64,000 bases of DNA from Octopus vulgaris (GCA_951406725.2 OX597828.1:49662001-49726000), one strand, 5' to 3'; positions 36,911-49,631 are shown, counted from the stretch's first letter. Made by a program: numbers and translations. The notes: generated by a model not told the origin, from the letters alone.

Positions 36911-39900
36911 GTAAAACAACTGAAATCCAAACTAAAAATGGCAAATACTGGGTTAAACCAAATGCAAAAGAAATAGACAAAGCAAAACCCCAACAATGGC
37001 TCTGAGGATTTTTAACTGCAGCACAAGACCAAAGCCTCCCCACCAGAAATTACCAAAAACATGTAATGAAAAGAAATACAAGTAACTGCAGAATATATGG
37101 GGGATGGAGAAGAAACAATAAATCATATTGTCTCAGGCTGCCGAGTCCTGGCTAAGAAGGAATATATTCAGACACGACAGAGTTGGGATCAATGTACACT
37201 GGAAGCTATGCCAACACTATGGAATAACAGAAAAAAGATGGTATAGGCACATGCCAGAAAAGGTCACAGAAAATGAGAAAGCAACCATACTCTGGGATAT
37301 GCCAATACACACAGATAGAGAAATTAAAGCTAATAGGTTGGATATAGTTGTCAGGGATTACCAAAAAAAAAAATGCTTTCTAATCAATGTATCAATACCA
37401 AAAGATGACAATGTTTCTCTAAAAGAAATGGAGAAACTTTCAAAATACAAAGACCTGGAAATAGAGATAACTCGAATGTGGAGTCTAAAAACAGAAACAA
37501 TTCCTATCATAGTAGGCGCATTAGGTAAGATAAAAAAATATTCAGACAGATACATAAACTCACCAGGACTAACAAGTATATATAACATACAGAAAATAGC
37601 CCTACTAGGCATCACACACATCCTACTTTCAATACAGTAGCCATAAGAGCATCACAACAAACCACAGCACATACCCAAGGCACACAGAGCTGCGCATGGC
37701 AATGCAGTGAAAGCATGCGATAAAAATAAAACTATTAAATAATAATAATGATTTCAAATTTTGGCACAAGGCCAGCAAGTTAGGGATGGGAGTAAGTTGA
37801 ATAATAATAACAACAACAATAATTTTGCAATTTCCTATGATAGCAGAGTCAATACCTAAGAAATTGAAAAAATTGAGAAATACCAGGATCTGGTCAGAGA
37901 GCTGAGGAGACTGAGGAAGACCAAAACCACAATTATTCCTGCAGTAATAGGTGCACTTGGCTCAACGCCCAAAATTCTGCCTAAAAGACTGAAAGAAATT
38001 GGAATTGAAACTAATATTGTCGACCTGCAAGAAAGTACCATCTTATATTCTGCGAGAATCCTAAGGAAGATTGAGATTTGAGGAAACTTGTCACGAAACC
38101 CCAAGATAAAGTACCTGGCAACTAAATGAGCAGGTGCTAGCATAATATCACATATAACCAAGCATATTATAGAACAGCTGAAGAATAACTAAAACTGTGC
38201 AAAGGTTTCTAAGAAATTGGAAAAATAGAATTTTATGTCCACTTTCACATGCTGGCATGGGTTGGACAAGTCACTGTTTTCCAAACCAGGTTGTGAACAA
38301 CATTTCATTTTTACATTCCATATCTGCCATGGTTTCTACTACAACTGGTTGATCTTTCTAGCAATACTGAACAATCATTTTAATGTGGTACCAGCACCAG
38401 AGAGGTTGTCTTATCCCTGACAAGACTAAAAAGTTACTGTTTGTTCATGGCAACTGTTGAATAGTGAAACTGTACACTCCACCTGGTAAAAAGCTGTAGT
38501 AGCCAGCCATTATAAATAGACCAATAGCCGGTCGAAGGGGAGGGTCGGGACTTGATAGTTGTGTGTGCTGATATAGTAATTATAGTGTGATAATGAGTGG
38601 ATGTTATAATGATCCAACCTTTTGAGGATAATAATACTGTACGACTGGGGGTCGGGGTTGCACAGTGCCAGATAGAACCATTCTATTAACGACTATAACA
38701 ATACCTGAGTGACAACCGTCATCAAAAGACAGGGTGACAAAAGACCACTTTACAACAGCAACATAGCTGAATGAGTGACAGAGTGAGGATAGACAACTAC
38801 ATGTTGACTGTCGGAAAGGAAATTGAATAGAAATGATCAAGAGTGGTAGGGTGAGGGGAAGAGAGTAATAGAAATGAGGGCATCGAAAGAGATAACTGAA
38901 AAAAAAATGAAGGTGACAATAAGTGGCAGAGAGTGATGGATAGCAGGGAGGATGGGTGACAGGGGGGAGAGAATGAGTCAATGGGAGAATGAGGGTCAGA
39001 AATAAAGAAAGGTTCTGAACTAATATTGCTTCAGTCATTAATAACAAAAAAACCCCATTTATTTTGAAAATCTGATGAAGAGCTCCATTTTTCAATCTTG
39101 CCTTCTTCTCCAAGTGAAACCTCAACTGTTCATCTGTGCTGGCCTGCGTTAGACAGCATGATAGGATTCAACCTGCTTGAGGGTTGCACTGAGCTCTAAT
39201 ATATGCCTTGGCATGGTTTCTACAATTGGATGCTCTTCTTAAAATCTGCTACAATGAATTTTGTCTGACCCTTATCAGCATAGAAAAATAGACATTAAGA
39301 TGATTTTCTTTTCTGAGCTATGACAAGTTAAATATAATAAATTTTCCAACATTAAGGTTAAAATGCCAAGTATTGATTCTTTGGTAATCCAGCATAGTCA
39401 TTCTTAACAGAAGTACCATCATTGATGCTGAGGAGGTCCAGAAGTTAATATTGAAACAAACTTTAGGGAAAGTTCATAAAAGTGTGATCAAACTTTGAGG
39501 CAAACATGCAAATAAAAGAGAAAGGAATGGTTAAAAGTTACTTACATGTGATCTGTATAAGTAAGCTAACAGACCAGCTGTGACCTCAGCAGTGAGTACC
39601 ACAAGTAAGGCAATGAAGTACTGAAACAGCAAAACATGGAAATTGTTATAATAGATGTGACCAAATTAAACATACAACCAGGTTTTTTTTTTTTTATATA
39701 TAGCAGAATCAGTATTAAACAACAACACAGAATTGTAAGACAGGTACAATGAACAAGGCCCTTTTGCAAAGGACTTAAGAGAATCAGTTTTCTAAAACCT
39801 CAGGTTACTCAATATTTCGAGATATTCATAACTAGTAAAACAGGTAAGGGTTAACAACAGGAAGGGCATCCAGGTGTAAAACAACACATCAATCATATTT

Positions 39901-42385
39901 ATGTAACCCATTCTCAGACCTAAATTTGTCACAAGCGCTTGGTCTCAAAAAGCCAGAGTTTAACCCAATTCTCATGGTGTACAAGTAACTGGGGGAGCAA
40001 TGTGAATAAAAGCAATTTACTCAAGAATACAATGTATCGCCCAGTCTGCAAATTGGAACCTTGATCTTATGACTTGTGTAGATCTACACTAATCAAGGGG
40101 CCATGTGGACTGGTTGTTAGGGTGTTGAACTGCAACATGGAAAAATGGGTATAAAAATGAAAGCACAAACAAGTATGCACACATATGCAGAAACAAGCAT
40201 GACTTAGGGGTTTCAAAATTCAGTTTGCTACCATGAGGAACTGGGTTTGATCCCACTGAATGGAATCTTAGGCAAATGTCCATTATCACAGATTTGAGAA
40301 GACCCAAACCTTGTGAGTGAAACTGGGTACTTTGAAGGTCCAACCATGTCACAATGATTCACCTATACCTATGGGGTACTCAGCCACTTCACATACTAAC
40401 TGAATGAGTAACTCATTCAGATGATTGAATAAGAGGATGTTCATACATTGTTCTCAATGGAGAATTCCACCATCATATATCACAGATTGACAGATCCGTC
40501 ATAATTGTCTAACGTCTACCATGCTTGCATGGATCAGACAAGTGTGCATTGAAGCAGAGTTTTTCCTCTGGTCGGATGCCCTTCCTGTCACCAACCTTTG
40601 TTTATGGTCCAAGTGAGGTAATAATCTCTCTGAGTATTGCACAAATAACAGCTCAGACATATTCTATACAGTGAACTGGAAATAAGCAACACAATTTGAG
40701 GTGCCTTTTGTTTACAAAGACCACACATGTTGAGGAATGTTAGGAAGCTCAGATATTTCTTATTTCTTTATTGCGTACAAGGGGCTAAACATAGAGGGGA
40801 CAAAAAAGGACAGACAAACGGATTGCATCGACCTCAGTGCATAACTGGTACTTAATTTATCGACCGCGAAAGGATGAAAGGCAAAGTCGACCTCAGTAGA
40901 ATTTGAACTCAGAACATAACGGCAGACGAAATACCGCTAAGCATTTTGCCCGGCATGCTAACGTTTCTGCCAGCTCGCCGCCTTGCTCAGACTGCAAGCC
41001 AATGACACAGGTAGAAAGCTATTGTTTATAGACCAGTGAATATGAGGGAAACCCACACACATACCTGTGTGTGTGAGTGGTTTTGGTAAAAGAAAGCCGA
41101 AAGAAGCCCACTGTGTATATGTGTGAATATGAATCCCCTCGTCTTGACATTGGAGGATAGTTGTAAACGAGTGTCACTGTTATACAAGCTGCACCATTCA
41201 ATTCCAATATTCTGCAGAATCAAGGCTGGTCATAGGGAAATATTAGCTTACTTCATACATGCGAAGGTGAGCAACAAGGACATCTGTCCAGAGAAAATCT
41301 GCCTCAAGAAACTTCATCCAACCCATGAAAATGTAAAGAGTGGACACTGAAAGCAAACTTCTCAACCACATACCTATGCCTGAGTCCTAGGCAGATCCAT
41401 CACCACCACTACATATCACAATCAGCACAGTTTGATTTCTGTTGTGTCACAAAGTCGAGAAGATTGTTTGTTTGTTTGTGTGTGTGTGTGTGTGCGAGGG
41501 GTGGGGGGTTGTTTATTAGAGGAAACAAAAAAGGACACTCAGCAAGATAAGATTTGTTTATTAGTCAGTTGTTAACAGTGGAAGATTGAAATAAAGGTGA
41601 CTCATCATTGACACCAACAGGAAACACAGCCAGAATAAAAATGTAAAGATGAACTGTTGGTATGGTCAACCAGCTTCCATCAGAGATATTCTGCATCAAT
41701 GTAAACCTTTTGATACCAACTTGTCTGAAACTGCCCATCATTCTGTGACACAAATTCTGTTCTAATGCAATCTAAACTAAAACCTGTCGAAATTTCATGT
41801 GAATTTATGTTCTGAATACCATCTTGGTATCGACAAAGTTATTTTATTAAATCCTCCATTATTTTAAAAATTGATTGAAGCAAAGGTAGTGTATTTCAAC
41901 AGAAATAGAGTATCAAGAGGGTTAAACAAAGTCATGACTTTCCCCCTACAAAAGATATCTCCAGAGCAAAATTCAATTGAATAATAATCCTTACAACTCC
42001 CATCAGCTGATACTCAGAGGTAAATATGAATTCATTCTATATTCAATATTTAAAAGAGTTATTTATAGGACATTGATAAAATAGAACTTTCTCCAGCTGA
42101 TGTCTTCAACGTTAACCTAGATATTTCCTTGAATCAAAGGCAGTCTCTGTGTGGTTAATCACTAGATTCTATTATCTTAGCTTGGTTTCTACAGCTGGAT
42201 GTCTTTCCTAATGCCAACCATTTTACAGTGTATACTGGATGCTTTTTACATGGCAGCTTGGTTTTAGGATCTCAATTTTGTTGGGGAGGGCGGGTCTTCT
42301 TGAGTGCAACAATGCATCACATATCTCGGTTCTTTGAGTATAAACATAACAGACTGTTTCCTTCCTCTTTCAACCTCTCTCTCTA

Positions 42386-42421
<36 letters not shown>

Positions 42422-44154
42422 AAAATGATGGTGGTGGCAGTGGCAATGGTTTGAAAACCACTCACAAACTATTGCAGTGTTCTTTTGCATTACTGAAACT
42501 GTTATATTGATGGAAAAGATTACAGATTTATATTCAAAGCAACAGTAAATGACAGATTGACATATTTATACAATACTGGTTTCTACATCCACGATTTAAA
42601 GGAATTCTAAGGCCAGTTAACCACTTTTTTTTGCCTTGCTGAATCTGAAGGAAGGGTTAGGTTACCCATGACTTCTGCAGATTTTCCCAGACTGATGAGT
42701 TTGATGATATTAAGGTTCCAGTCAAACTGTTGCAGGTCAACACCCACAAGAATGACATGAGCAAGGACAAGACTGCAGTGAGAGAAGAAAATCTAGGCAA
42801 GGAGGTAAGTAAAGGGCAGTGGGATTGGATGATACAACAATGGTAAGAGGTGAAGAGACTGCCGGAGTAATAAAAGTATCAGACCAGCCAGCTTACAGAA
42901 GCCAGAGAGAGAGAGAGAGAGAGAAAAAAAAAGGAAAATGGAGAGAGGAGATAGCATACTTGGAGAACAGGGAATGGAATGTAACCAATAAACTGAGTGA
43001 CCCCTCTCCAGATATGGTCCAAGATGTCAATGTATTTAACAACAGTGCCATCTTGGATGTGAGAGAAGTAATCCACTCTGGACATCACATGAGCCTTATG
43101 ATCTGATCTGAGACCCCCTTCGGTCAGACACTGACCATGGGCCTGCACCTAGAAAGTTACCCTCTGAGGCACAAGTCTGGGCAAGGTTGTTTTATGGAAG
43201 ACCAGCAGTCGCCCATGCATACTGGCATCCCCTCTCTACACCACCAGTGTTATCTAAGGGAAAGGCAAAGGGGCTGATACAGCTTGGTACCTGTGATGTC
43301 GCAACTCATTTCTACAGCTGAGTGAACTGGAGCAACGTGAAATAAAGTGTCTTGCTCAAGAACACAACACGCAGCCCGGTCCGGGATTCGAGCTCACAAC
43401 CTCGACGTTCGAACCACTGAGCCATGCGCCTTCAGAGTGTTAATAACTGATGGGGTTGAAATATCTTCTGGTACTAAAAAAAGGGCTAGCCTTAGGGATT
43501 AGGTCTGAGCAATGCTAGGGACCTGCTTTTGCTAGGAAAGCTTCTTGGTGACAGCAAAGCCTAGTGTTCTGAGTGATTGCAAGGGCTCTAGTTGAGTGCC
43601 ACATGTATTTAGTGGGAATAGAGTGCAGTGGTGTTTTCTTGACTTTTGAGTGACTTTCTAAGGAACTTCATAATCGATTTAATTCTGAGTGGTGTGTCAC
43701 CAGCATTTCACACACAACAACTCTCTATTACTCAATTACACTTCCAATTAATCCATTATCAATTGTCATTAGCACTATTAAAAAAAAAATTTAAAAAGTA
43801 TTAAAAAAAAATTTTGCTTTATAAAAGAATAATTCTTTTTATCAGTTTATGAAAAAGATTATTTCGATATCCGTTAAGAGGTGCTGATCGCAATATGCAG
43901 AAATGGGTTAGCATATCAGTTCTCATTGACATGCATAGGTTTAGCAACCTTATGAATATATAACTGTGTATATTTGTGTGGGCATTTGTGCCTCCCCACC
44001 CCATATATATATATATATATATAATTTAAAAATAGGATAAAATCTTCATAAGAATTTATCAAGTAATTAGCGTGAAAAACCTCATAAGAGAAAAAATCCA
44101 CCAATTTTTTCACTTAAATATATTTATTTGTATTATATATAATACAACTATAAT

Positions 44155-44191
<37 letters not shown>

Positions 44192-44921
44192 CTTCATATT
44201 AGAGGGCAGTGTTACTTTGATGCAGGATAGGTTTTATGTAAATATAAGTATCTATGTATATCTGTTCTGTCTTAATATTAAGATACTGCCAAGGCAGCAA
44301 GCTGGCAGAAATGTTAGCATGCTGAGCAAAATGCTTAGAGGTATTTTGTCTGTTCTGAGTTCAAATTCCACCAAGGTCAACTTTGCCTTTCATCCTTTAG
44401 GGGTAAATAAATTAAGTACCAGTTGCACACTGGGGTAGATTTAATCGACTCACCCCCTCCCTTAAAATTTCAGGCTTGTGCCTAGAGTAGAAAAGAATAT
44501 CAAGACACTGTCAAGTACTTCATGTTAAGAACAAATAGTTTTATGCATCTAACCCACTTTATGAATAGAAAGAGCGCCAATCATTCTTAGTTTAGTTTCA
44601 TAATTATGTAAGGTATATATATTTTTTTTAACATACCAGAGATTTAAATAGGAAAAATGAAAAACAGTCAAATATAATTAACACATCTGTCAGCATGATA
44701 ACAACATGGTAATAAAGAACTAAACTTACCGCTGCAAGTAGCCATCGGTTTTCTTTGCCAGCAGCAACAATTCCCAGAAGTCCAATGATAAATAATATGA
44801 TGCCAACACCAATTATGATACTGGCTGGGATGAGGGTAATATTCGCTGTGGTCAGTTGATCAAAATGATGGTAAGTTTTGAAAATCCAAGCACCACCATA
44901 GAACAGAATGGCTGCTGCAGT
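30164..44921 (-). CDS. TSPAN3: Tetraspanin, TSPAN3-like, spliced CDS (5'-partial): complement(join(44730-44921,39546-39620,36073-36171,33896-34054,31207-31290,30164-30268))
   Basis: Six phase-0 GT-AG exons (192, 75, 99, 159, 84, 105 nt) encode 237 aa with hydrophobic TM segments and EC2 motifs CCG, PESCC, C and GC. TLIPA..IIGVG...FIIGL.G and IDYVQRE-LECCG resemble vertebrate TSPAN3. Subfamily call is by recall only. Confidence 0.9.
31207..31290 (-). CDS. TSPAN3: Tetraspanin exon 6 (GCYERLKLKFLDNLTYITSAGITFALLQ)
   Basis: 84 nt starting with GC; CAG acceptor, GTAAGT donor. Confidence 0.94.
31511..31878 (+). mobile_element. Non-autonomous Helitron (different family)
   Basis: A|TCTCTCTATATATAA start; ACCCAGCAACGCCGGGT hairpin; CTAG|T end. 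Confidence 0.85.
32571..32992 (-). mobile_element. RTE LINE 3' end (family B) with degraded ORF end
   Basis: Minus strand reads GRGRPRKTWE*VMKKNLWMLSFTEE, followed by family-B 3' UTR. Confidence 0.75.
33075..33462 (-). mobile_element. RTE-clade LINE fragment (ORF C-terminus, second family)
   Basis: IQTFNKCLRQVL...IRRRKWR...LDWKPQGRRKRGRPK...DRKKWKTTVEALCS. Confidence 0.88.
33896..34054 (-). CDS. TSPAN3: Tetraspanin exon 5 (LECCGVKNATDW...VPESCC...GIYHQ), EC2
   Basis: CCG and PxSCC signatures; CAG acceptor, GTAATT donor. Confidence 0.96.
36073..36171 (-). CDS. TSPAN3: Tetraspanin exon 4 (VTSAVSDGLTLAINKYDN...IDYVQRE)
   Basis: 99 nt, CAG acceptor, GTAAGT donor; D.vQ motif preceding CCG. Confidence 0.93.
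36220..37750. mobile_element. R4/Dong-clade (restriction-like endonuclease) LINE with inverted 5' part (- 36220-36848; + 36848-37750)
   Basis: Plus: AAQDQSLPTRNY, CR..G...ETINHIVSGC, RHDRV, ILWDMPIHTD, KLSKYKDL, IPIIVGALG. Minus: LEKCAIATL, LKTELNAENKIIGINTLAIPV, IDRKTRKIMT..MHHPKSDIERL. Flanked by (AAT)n. Confidence 0.88.
37822..38140 (+). mobile_element. Second R4/Dong-type LINE 3' fragment
   Basis: EKIEKYQDLVRELRRL...IIPAVIGALG...LQESTILYSARILRK, after an (AAT/AAC)n tract. Confidence 0.82.
39546..39620 (-). CDS. TSPAN3: Tetraspanin exon 3 (YFIALLVVLTAEVTAGLLAYLYRSH), TM3
   Basis: 75-nt exon with the polar TM3 Glu; CAG acceptor, GTAAGT donor. Confidence 0.93.
43130..43431 (-). mobile_element. 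tRNA-derived SINE (third family) with CORE-like domain and RTE-like tail
   Basis: Minus strand GGCGCATGGCTCAGTGG (A box), GCTCGAATCCC (B-box-like), TTCTTGAGCAAGACAC. Confidence 0.7.
44730..44921 (-). CDS. TSPAN3: Tetraspanin exon 2 (TAAAILFYGGAWIFKTYHHFDQL...GKENRWLLAA)
   Basis: Minus-strand TAG acceptor, GTAAGT donor; end of TM1, EC1 and TM2. Confidence 0.93.
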
Positions 44922-44966
44922 CTAGCAAGGAGAAAGGAAATAAAGTTTATATACATACATATATGC

Positions 44967-44997
<31 letters not shown>

Positions 44998-45863
44998 CAT
45001 ACATATCAAAAACAGGAAAAAACAAATGTCAATTTCATGATCAGTGAAACTTTTGATGGAAAAATGAGAAAATGACATTTCAAGCAGGATTCTTCAATGG
45101 AAAGATTTTATGTATTATATAAAAAAAAATTCTATATTTCTGAGAATTTTTATCTGTCTTAGTTGGAATGGCGACCTCATCTTGATGGTCATTTCCACTA
45201 CTTTCGGCAGGAGCATGCACAGCTGAAGCAGTGAGAACAATAACCGAGATGAGAAAACCATTGATTAATATAACACTCACACACATTGTGTGTATGTGTG
45301 TGTGTGTGTGGTGGTCGTGGTGGGGCAATTATAAAATTGCATAGAAAACTCTGGAAATAGCTGAATGAAAACATTTCAAACTAAACAGAGACCCCCCACA
45401 CAGAATCACAAATACAAAACCCGCCAACTCCGCCCCCACAATTTTGTTAGTGACAACAGTCCATCAAGAGTTATTGATAAACACCGTTGCAACAGCAACG
45501 GCAAATGTACTGATATCTGTGAGTATAAACACATTATTTTCCACATTAGCCTTCGATTTGTATCGAATTACAACCACCAAATAGGACAGTAACTTAAATA
45601 GTTCATAAGAATTCAAACTAATTACTGTCATTAATGAAAGACACACATACAGTACAAAGAAAAAACAAAAATTATAATTTGAAAAAAAAAAAAAAAAAAA
45701 TTATATTTAGAATTTAGTAAAGAAGCAAAAATATTTATTTATAGCAGTGACGTGAGTAGATGCTACAAAAAAAAACTAAATATATACAGTTTGATTTAAC
45801 CAAAATGTGTGTGTGTAATTTTATATACATGCAAGAATATACAAAATAATATATTTCCATATG

Positions 45864-45896
<33 letters not shown>

Positions 45897-45943
45897 ATGT
45901 ATGAGTGAGTGAGTGAGTGAGTGTGTGTGTGTATGTATGTATG

Positions 45944-45991
<48 letters not shown>

Positions 45992-47688
45992 ATATCTTAT
46001 GTATGATAATATATATTAGCTGTTATGATTTTACAGAGCAGCCAGATGGGAAGAATTGTACAGGATTGCTAAGGGTCTGTTTGACAATACAAAGACAAGG
46101 GAGTTTAAACATGAGAGTGAACCAAATATAACAGAAACCTGCAATAACTATGGAAGTTTAGAAATATTCTTGTAAAATATCAGAAACCTATCCAGTTACA
46201 GCTGATATTAATATACAAAGGAACGGCAAGAAGGCAAGCTTGGGAATTATTTTATATTTTTTGTTGGTTTTTTTTTTTTGGACAATTTGTCAAGGATTGT
46301 ACCGATGTTGGTGGTAGTAGTGGTGGTGGTGGTGACAGTAACGTTGTGGTTTAGCCCCCAACTCAAACCTGATCAAGATGACCAATAATCAGAAACCTTT
46401 CCAATCATGAAAATCCATTTTTTTTATATCTTGTTCCTTATTGAAAACAATAGGATAAGATTTCAAGGAGATTTGGCTGCTATTTCAAGCATGTTGAGTG
46501 ACCACATAAGGTCCCTTTGGTGGTTAGTGATTGCAATGATGCTGGTGTAATGTTACTAGTGGTGGTGGAGGAGGTGGTGGGTTTTTGCGGAGCAGAGGAT
46601 ATCGTATGAAATTACCATCTCTTCGAGAACATGTTCGCACAGGAAGGTGCCAAGCCCAGGCTTCAGAGTGTGACACGGGGTCATGTTGTTGAATGATCCC
46701 CGTAAACATCGAACACAGGCACACAGCTAGCCAGCAACAACATCAAGAATAGCTTGAGAACGACTAACATTGGACAGTTTGACTGGTTCGTCGTAGTAAG
46801 TCGACTGACAATAGCGTAGCAGAATCAACCGTGTATTGATTCAATGAGATCTGGACAAGAGGCAGAAAATACGTAGCACTGCAGAAGGGTAGTACTGCAT
46901 TAGATGTACACATACACAGCTTACTTGCAGAATATCCGACACACATACACGGTACATAAACAACCCTTGTTTACTATCCAACAAGGAAGCTTCAAAATAG
47001 TCACGCAACCTGCTAGAAATAACAGCTGCAAACCATATCTTACCCTCTCAAGGAAGACATTGGATAGTGTAGTTTGGGATATATTGTATCTGGACACCTT
47101 GGGATGGGTGTGGCTAAAATGCCTTCGAATGTAGGTTTTGCTTGATGTTAGGAGTGACCTGATAAACAGCAATGTTTATTCGGTTATTTATTATTAAACT
47201 TTGATAAATAATTAATATTCGGTCAGAGATGGAGGATGCTGATAATAAATTTGTTGAAATATCATGTAAAACCTAAAAATCTGCCAAAACTTAAAGACAA
47301 GGATGGATCAATACTGAATTTATAAACACAGAAACCGAACAGGAAGTAGGAAAAAATAATGTAAAAACAACAAAAATATATCATTTGCACAGTTTTAACA
47401 AATGTAAATCAATAAAATTTACCAAGACGGTTATTTTGGTGAGTTTATTTGATTTCATGTCTCTAATACTTAACTGTTGCAAGACAGTGACCTGGCAAAA
47501 TCATTAGCATGCCGGACAAGATATTGACCTTTCTGAGTTCAAATCTCACTGAGGTCAACTTTGCCTTTCACCCTTTTGGGGGTCAATAAAATAAGAATCA
47601 GCTGAACATTGGAGTTGATATAATTGACTTGCCCTCCACTGCACCGAAACTGCTGGCCTTGTGCCAAAATTTGAAACCAACATTAAAC

Positions 47689-48117
47689 TACATTATTTAC
47701 ATTCGACGGATATTTGTCCTCATCTTGTTTGTTGTTAACACAACATTTCAGCTGATATACCCCCCAGCCTTCTTCAGGTGTCTCAGGGAAAATTTGAACC
47801 TGGGTTCTCATTCCTAAGGTATTTTTTGATATTATTACTATGCCATATGCCCGTGGGCATATGGCATAGTGGTTAAGAGTGCAGGCTGCTAACCCTAAGA
47901 TTCCAAGTTCGATTCCAGGTAGCGACCTGAATAATAACAACAACATCGAAAAATACCTTAGGAATGAGAACCCAGGTTTGAAATTTCCCTAAGACACCTG
48001 AAGAAGGCTGGAGGGTATATCAGCCGAAAGGTTGTGTTAACAACAAACAAGATGAGGACAAATATCCGTTGAATGTAAATAATGTACATAATTCCTCATC
48101 TCTTAAATATAGAACTG
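47689..48117. mobile_element. Fold-back element with tRNA-like Pol III head and minimal hammerhead-like motifs (putative Penelope-derived non-autonomous element)
   Basis: ~148-bp inverted arms; A box TGGCATAGTGG 47862-47872; B box GTTCGATTCC 47907-47916; CTGAAGA-stemII-GAAA cores in both arms. The 3' end is approximate. Confidence 0.7.
47993..48038 (+). ncRNA. Minimal type I hammerhead-like motif (degenerate); mirror copy on - strand 47737-47782
   Basis: GACAC-CTGAAGA-A-GGCTG(10-nt loop)CAGCC-GAAA-GGTT-GTGTT: stem I GACAC/GTGTT, stem II 5 bp, stem III essentially absent. Confidence 0.6.
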
Positions 48118-49631
48118 CAATATCAAACTGTTGTAAATAACATTTAAAAATGATAAATTACTTCTGCTCATGGGATAAGGATTCCTTCGACTATAAACAT
48201 GAGATCAACAATTTTAAGGAGTGAGGTAAGTTGATTACACTGACCCCATCCCAAGCTTATTTGATGCTTAGTTTATTGACTCTGAAAGATTGAAAAGCAA
48301 AGTTGTCCTTGAATGCATTTGAGTACAAAAAGTAAAGAACTGGAAGAAATGCTACTCAGCATTTTTGACCAACATACCAATGATTCTGCCAGCTTGACAT
48401 CTTAGCCGTTTCAAATTCTGGCCCAAATCCAGCAATTTCAAGAGAAATTAGTCACATTGTGCACATACCTCCTACGTGCACAGTACTTTTTTTTTTTTAT
48501 ATATATTGACTCCCAAATGAAAGGCAAAACTGCAGAAGCCACAAATAACGAAGGAAAAGAAATGGGGAGGTGTGGGGCTTACAGAGAATTGATCATCAAA
48601 AGTCTGGGAGCCATCTAAACCAAGAGAAGTCCCACTCACTTGAGCCATAGTTGCCACTCTCAGCCATCATTCAGCAAATTTAGAGAAGCACCTATTTTTC
48701 AACCTTGCCCTCTTCTCAAAAAGAAACCTGGAAATAAGGGCTTAGCTGAAGAAAAACCCTTTTATTTTGTCCAACACACAAACTGAAAAGGTTTTCTTTC
48801 ACCACAGCTGCCACCAGATGGGGGGGAAACCGCTTGTCCTTCTTGAACAAGATAAAGGCAGTTGAGCAAAGAGTTATGATGATGATGCAGCAGTCGAGTT
48901 TCTATCAAACTTATGTCATGATATTTATAAAGCAGTGACATCATGGATGGTTTAAGCAGGAATAAACAGCTCCTCTGAACACCAATACTTTGACCTTTCA
49001 GTGGTAGTGTGCCACTGTTGTTCACAGTGTGGTGATGACTGTAGTGACAGCGGTGACTGGTTCTATTATCAGTCATTTGTCAAATACACAATTAGGTTTA
49101 CAACCCTCTTTCCGTATGCAAATCAATCAGATTATATCAGTCAAGCTTATCCTGGTGGTGGTGGCGGTGGTGATGATAGTAGTAGTAGTAGCAGCAGCAG
49201 CAATAGTAAACTGTTATTGAAATCCAATTTATGAGTACTCCCCCCCCACACACACACACACACTATGACCGACATACAACTAAATTATGACCTAGCATGA
49301 TAATGATGGTACAAAAATAAGGCAGATATTACTTAAAACATTTCTCAAAAAATTTGATATTTTTGAACAAAAACTTCAAAATCACATACAGAACATGGTC
49401 CTTGCCTCACATGACTTAGTGAATCCAGCCATGTGCATTATAGGGTCACAATGATAGGCAGGGAAGTGGTAAATAGTACAGTTGCTATCAGGAATGGGTG
49501 TGATACAAAGACATGGTTCTGAGTTCAATCCTACTGTGTGGCACCTTGGATGAGTGACTTCTACTACAGCCTTAGTGAGTGGATTTGGTAGATGGAAAAT
49601 GAAAGAAGCCCTGTGAATATGTTGCGCATAT

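Noticed and set aside
38604-39125. 173-aa minus-strand ORF
   Set aside because: Low-complexity purine/pyrimidine-biased sequence, no recognisable domain or supported splice sites; possibly a decayed repeat.
47855-47927. Functional tRNA-Ser(GCT) gene
   Set aside because: A and B boxes are present but the acceptor stem does not pair and there is no long variable arm; treated as a tRNA-derived repeat head. The same applies to the SINE heads at 515, 23977 and 43431.
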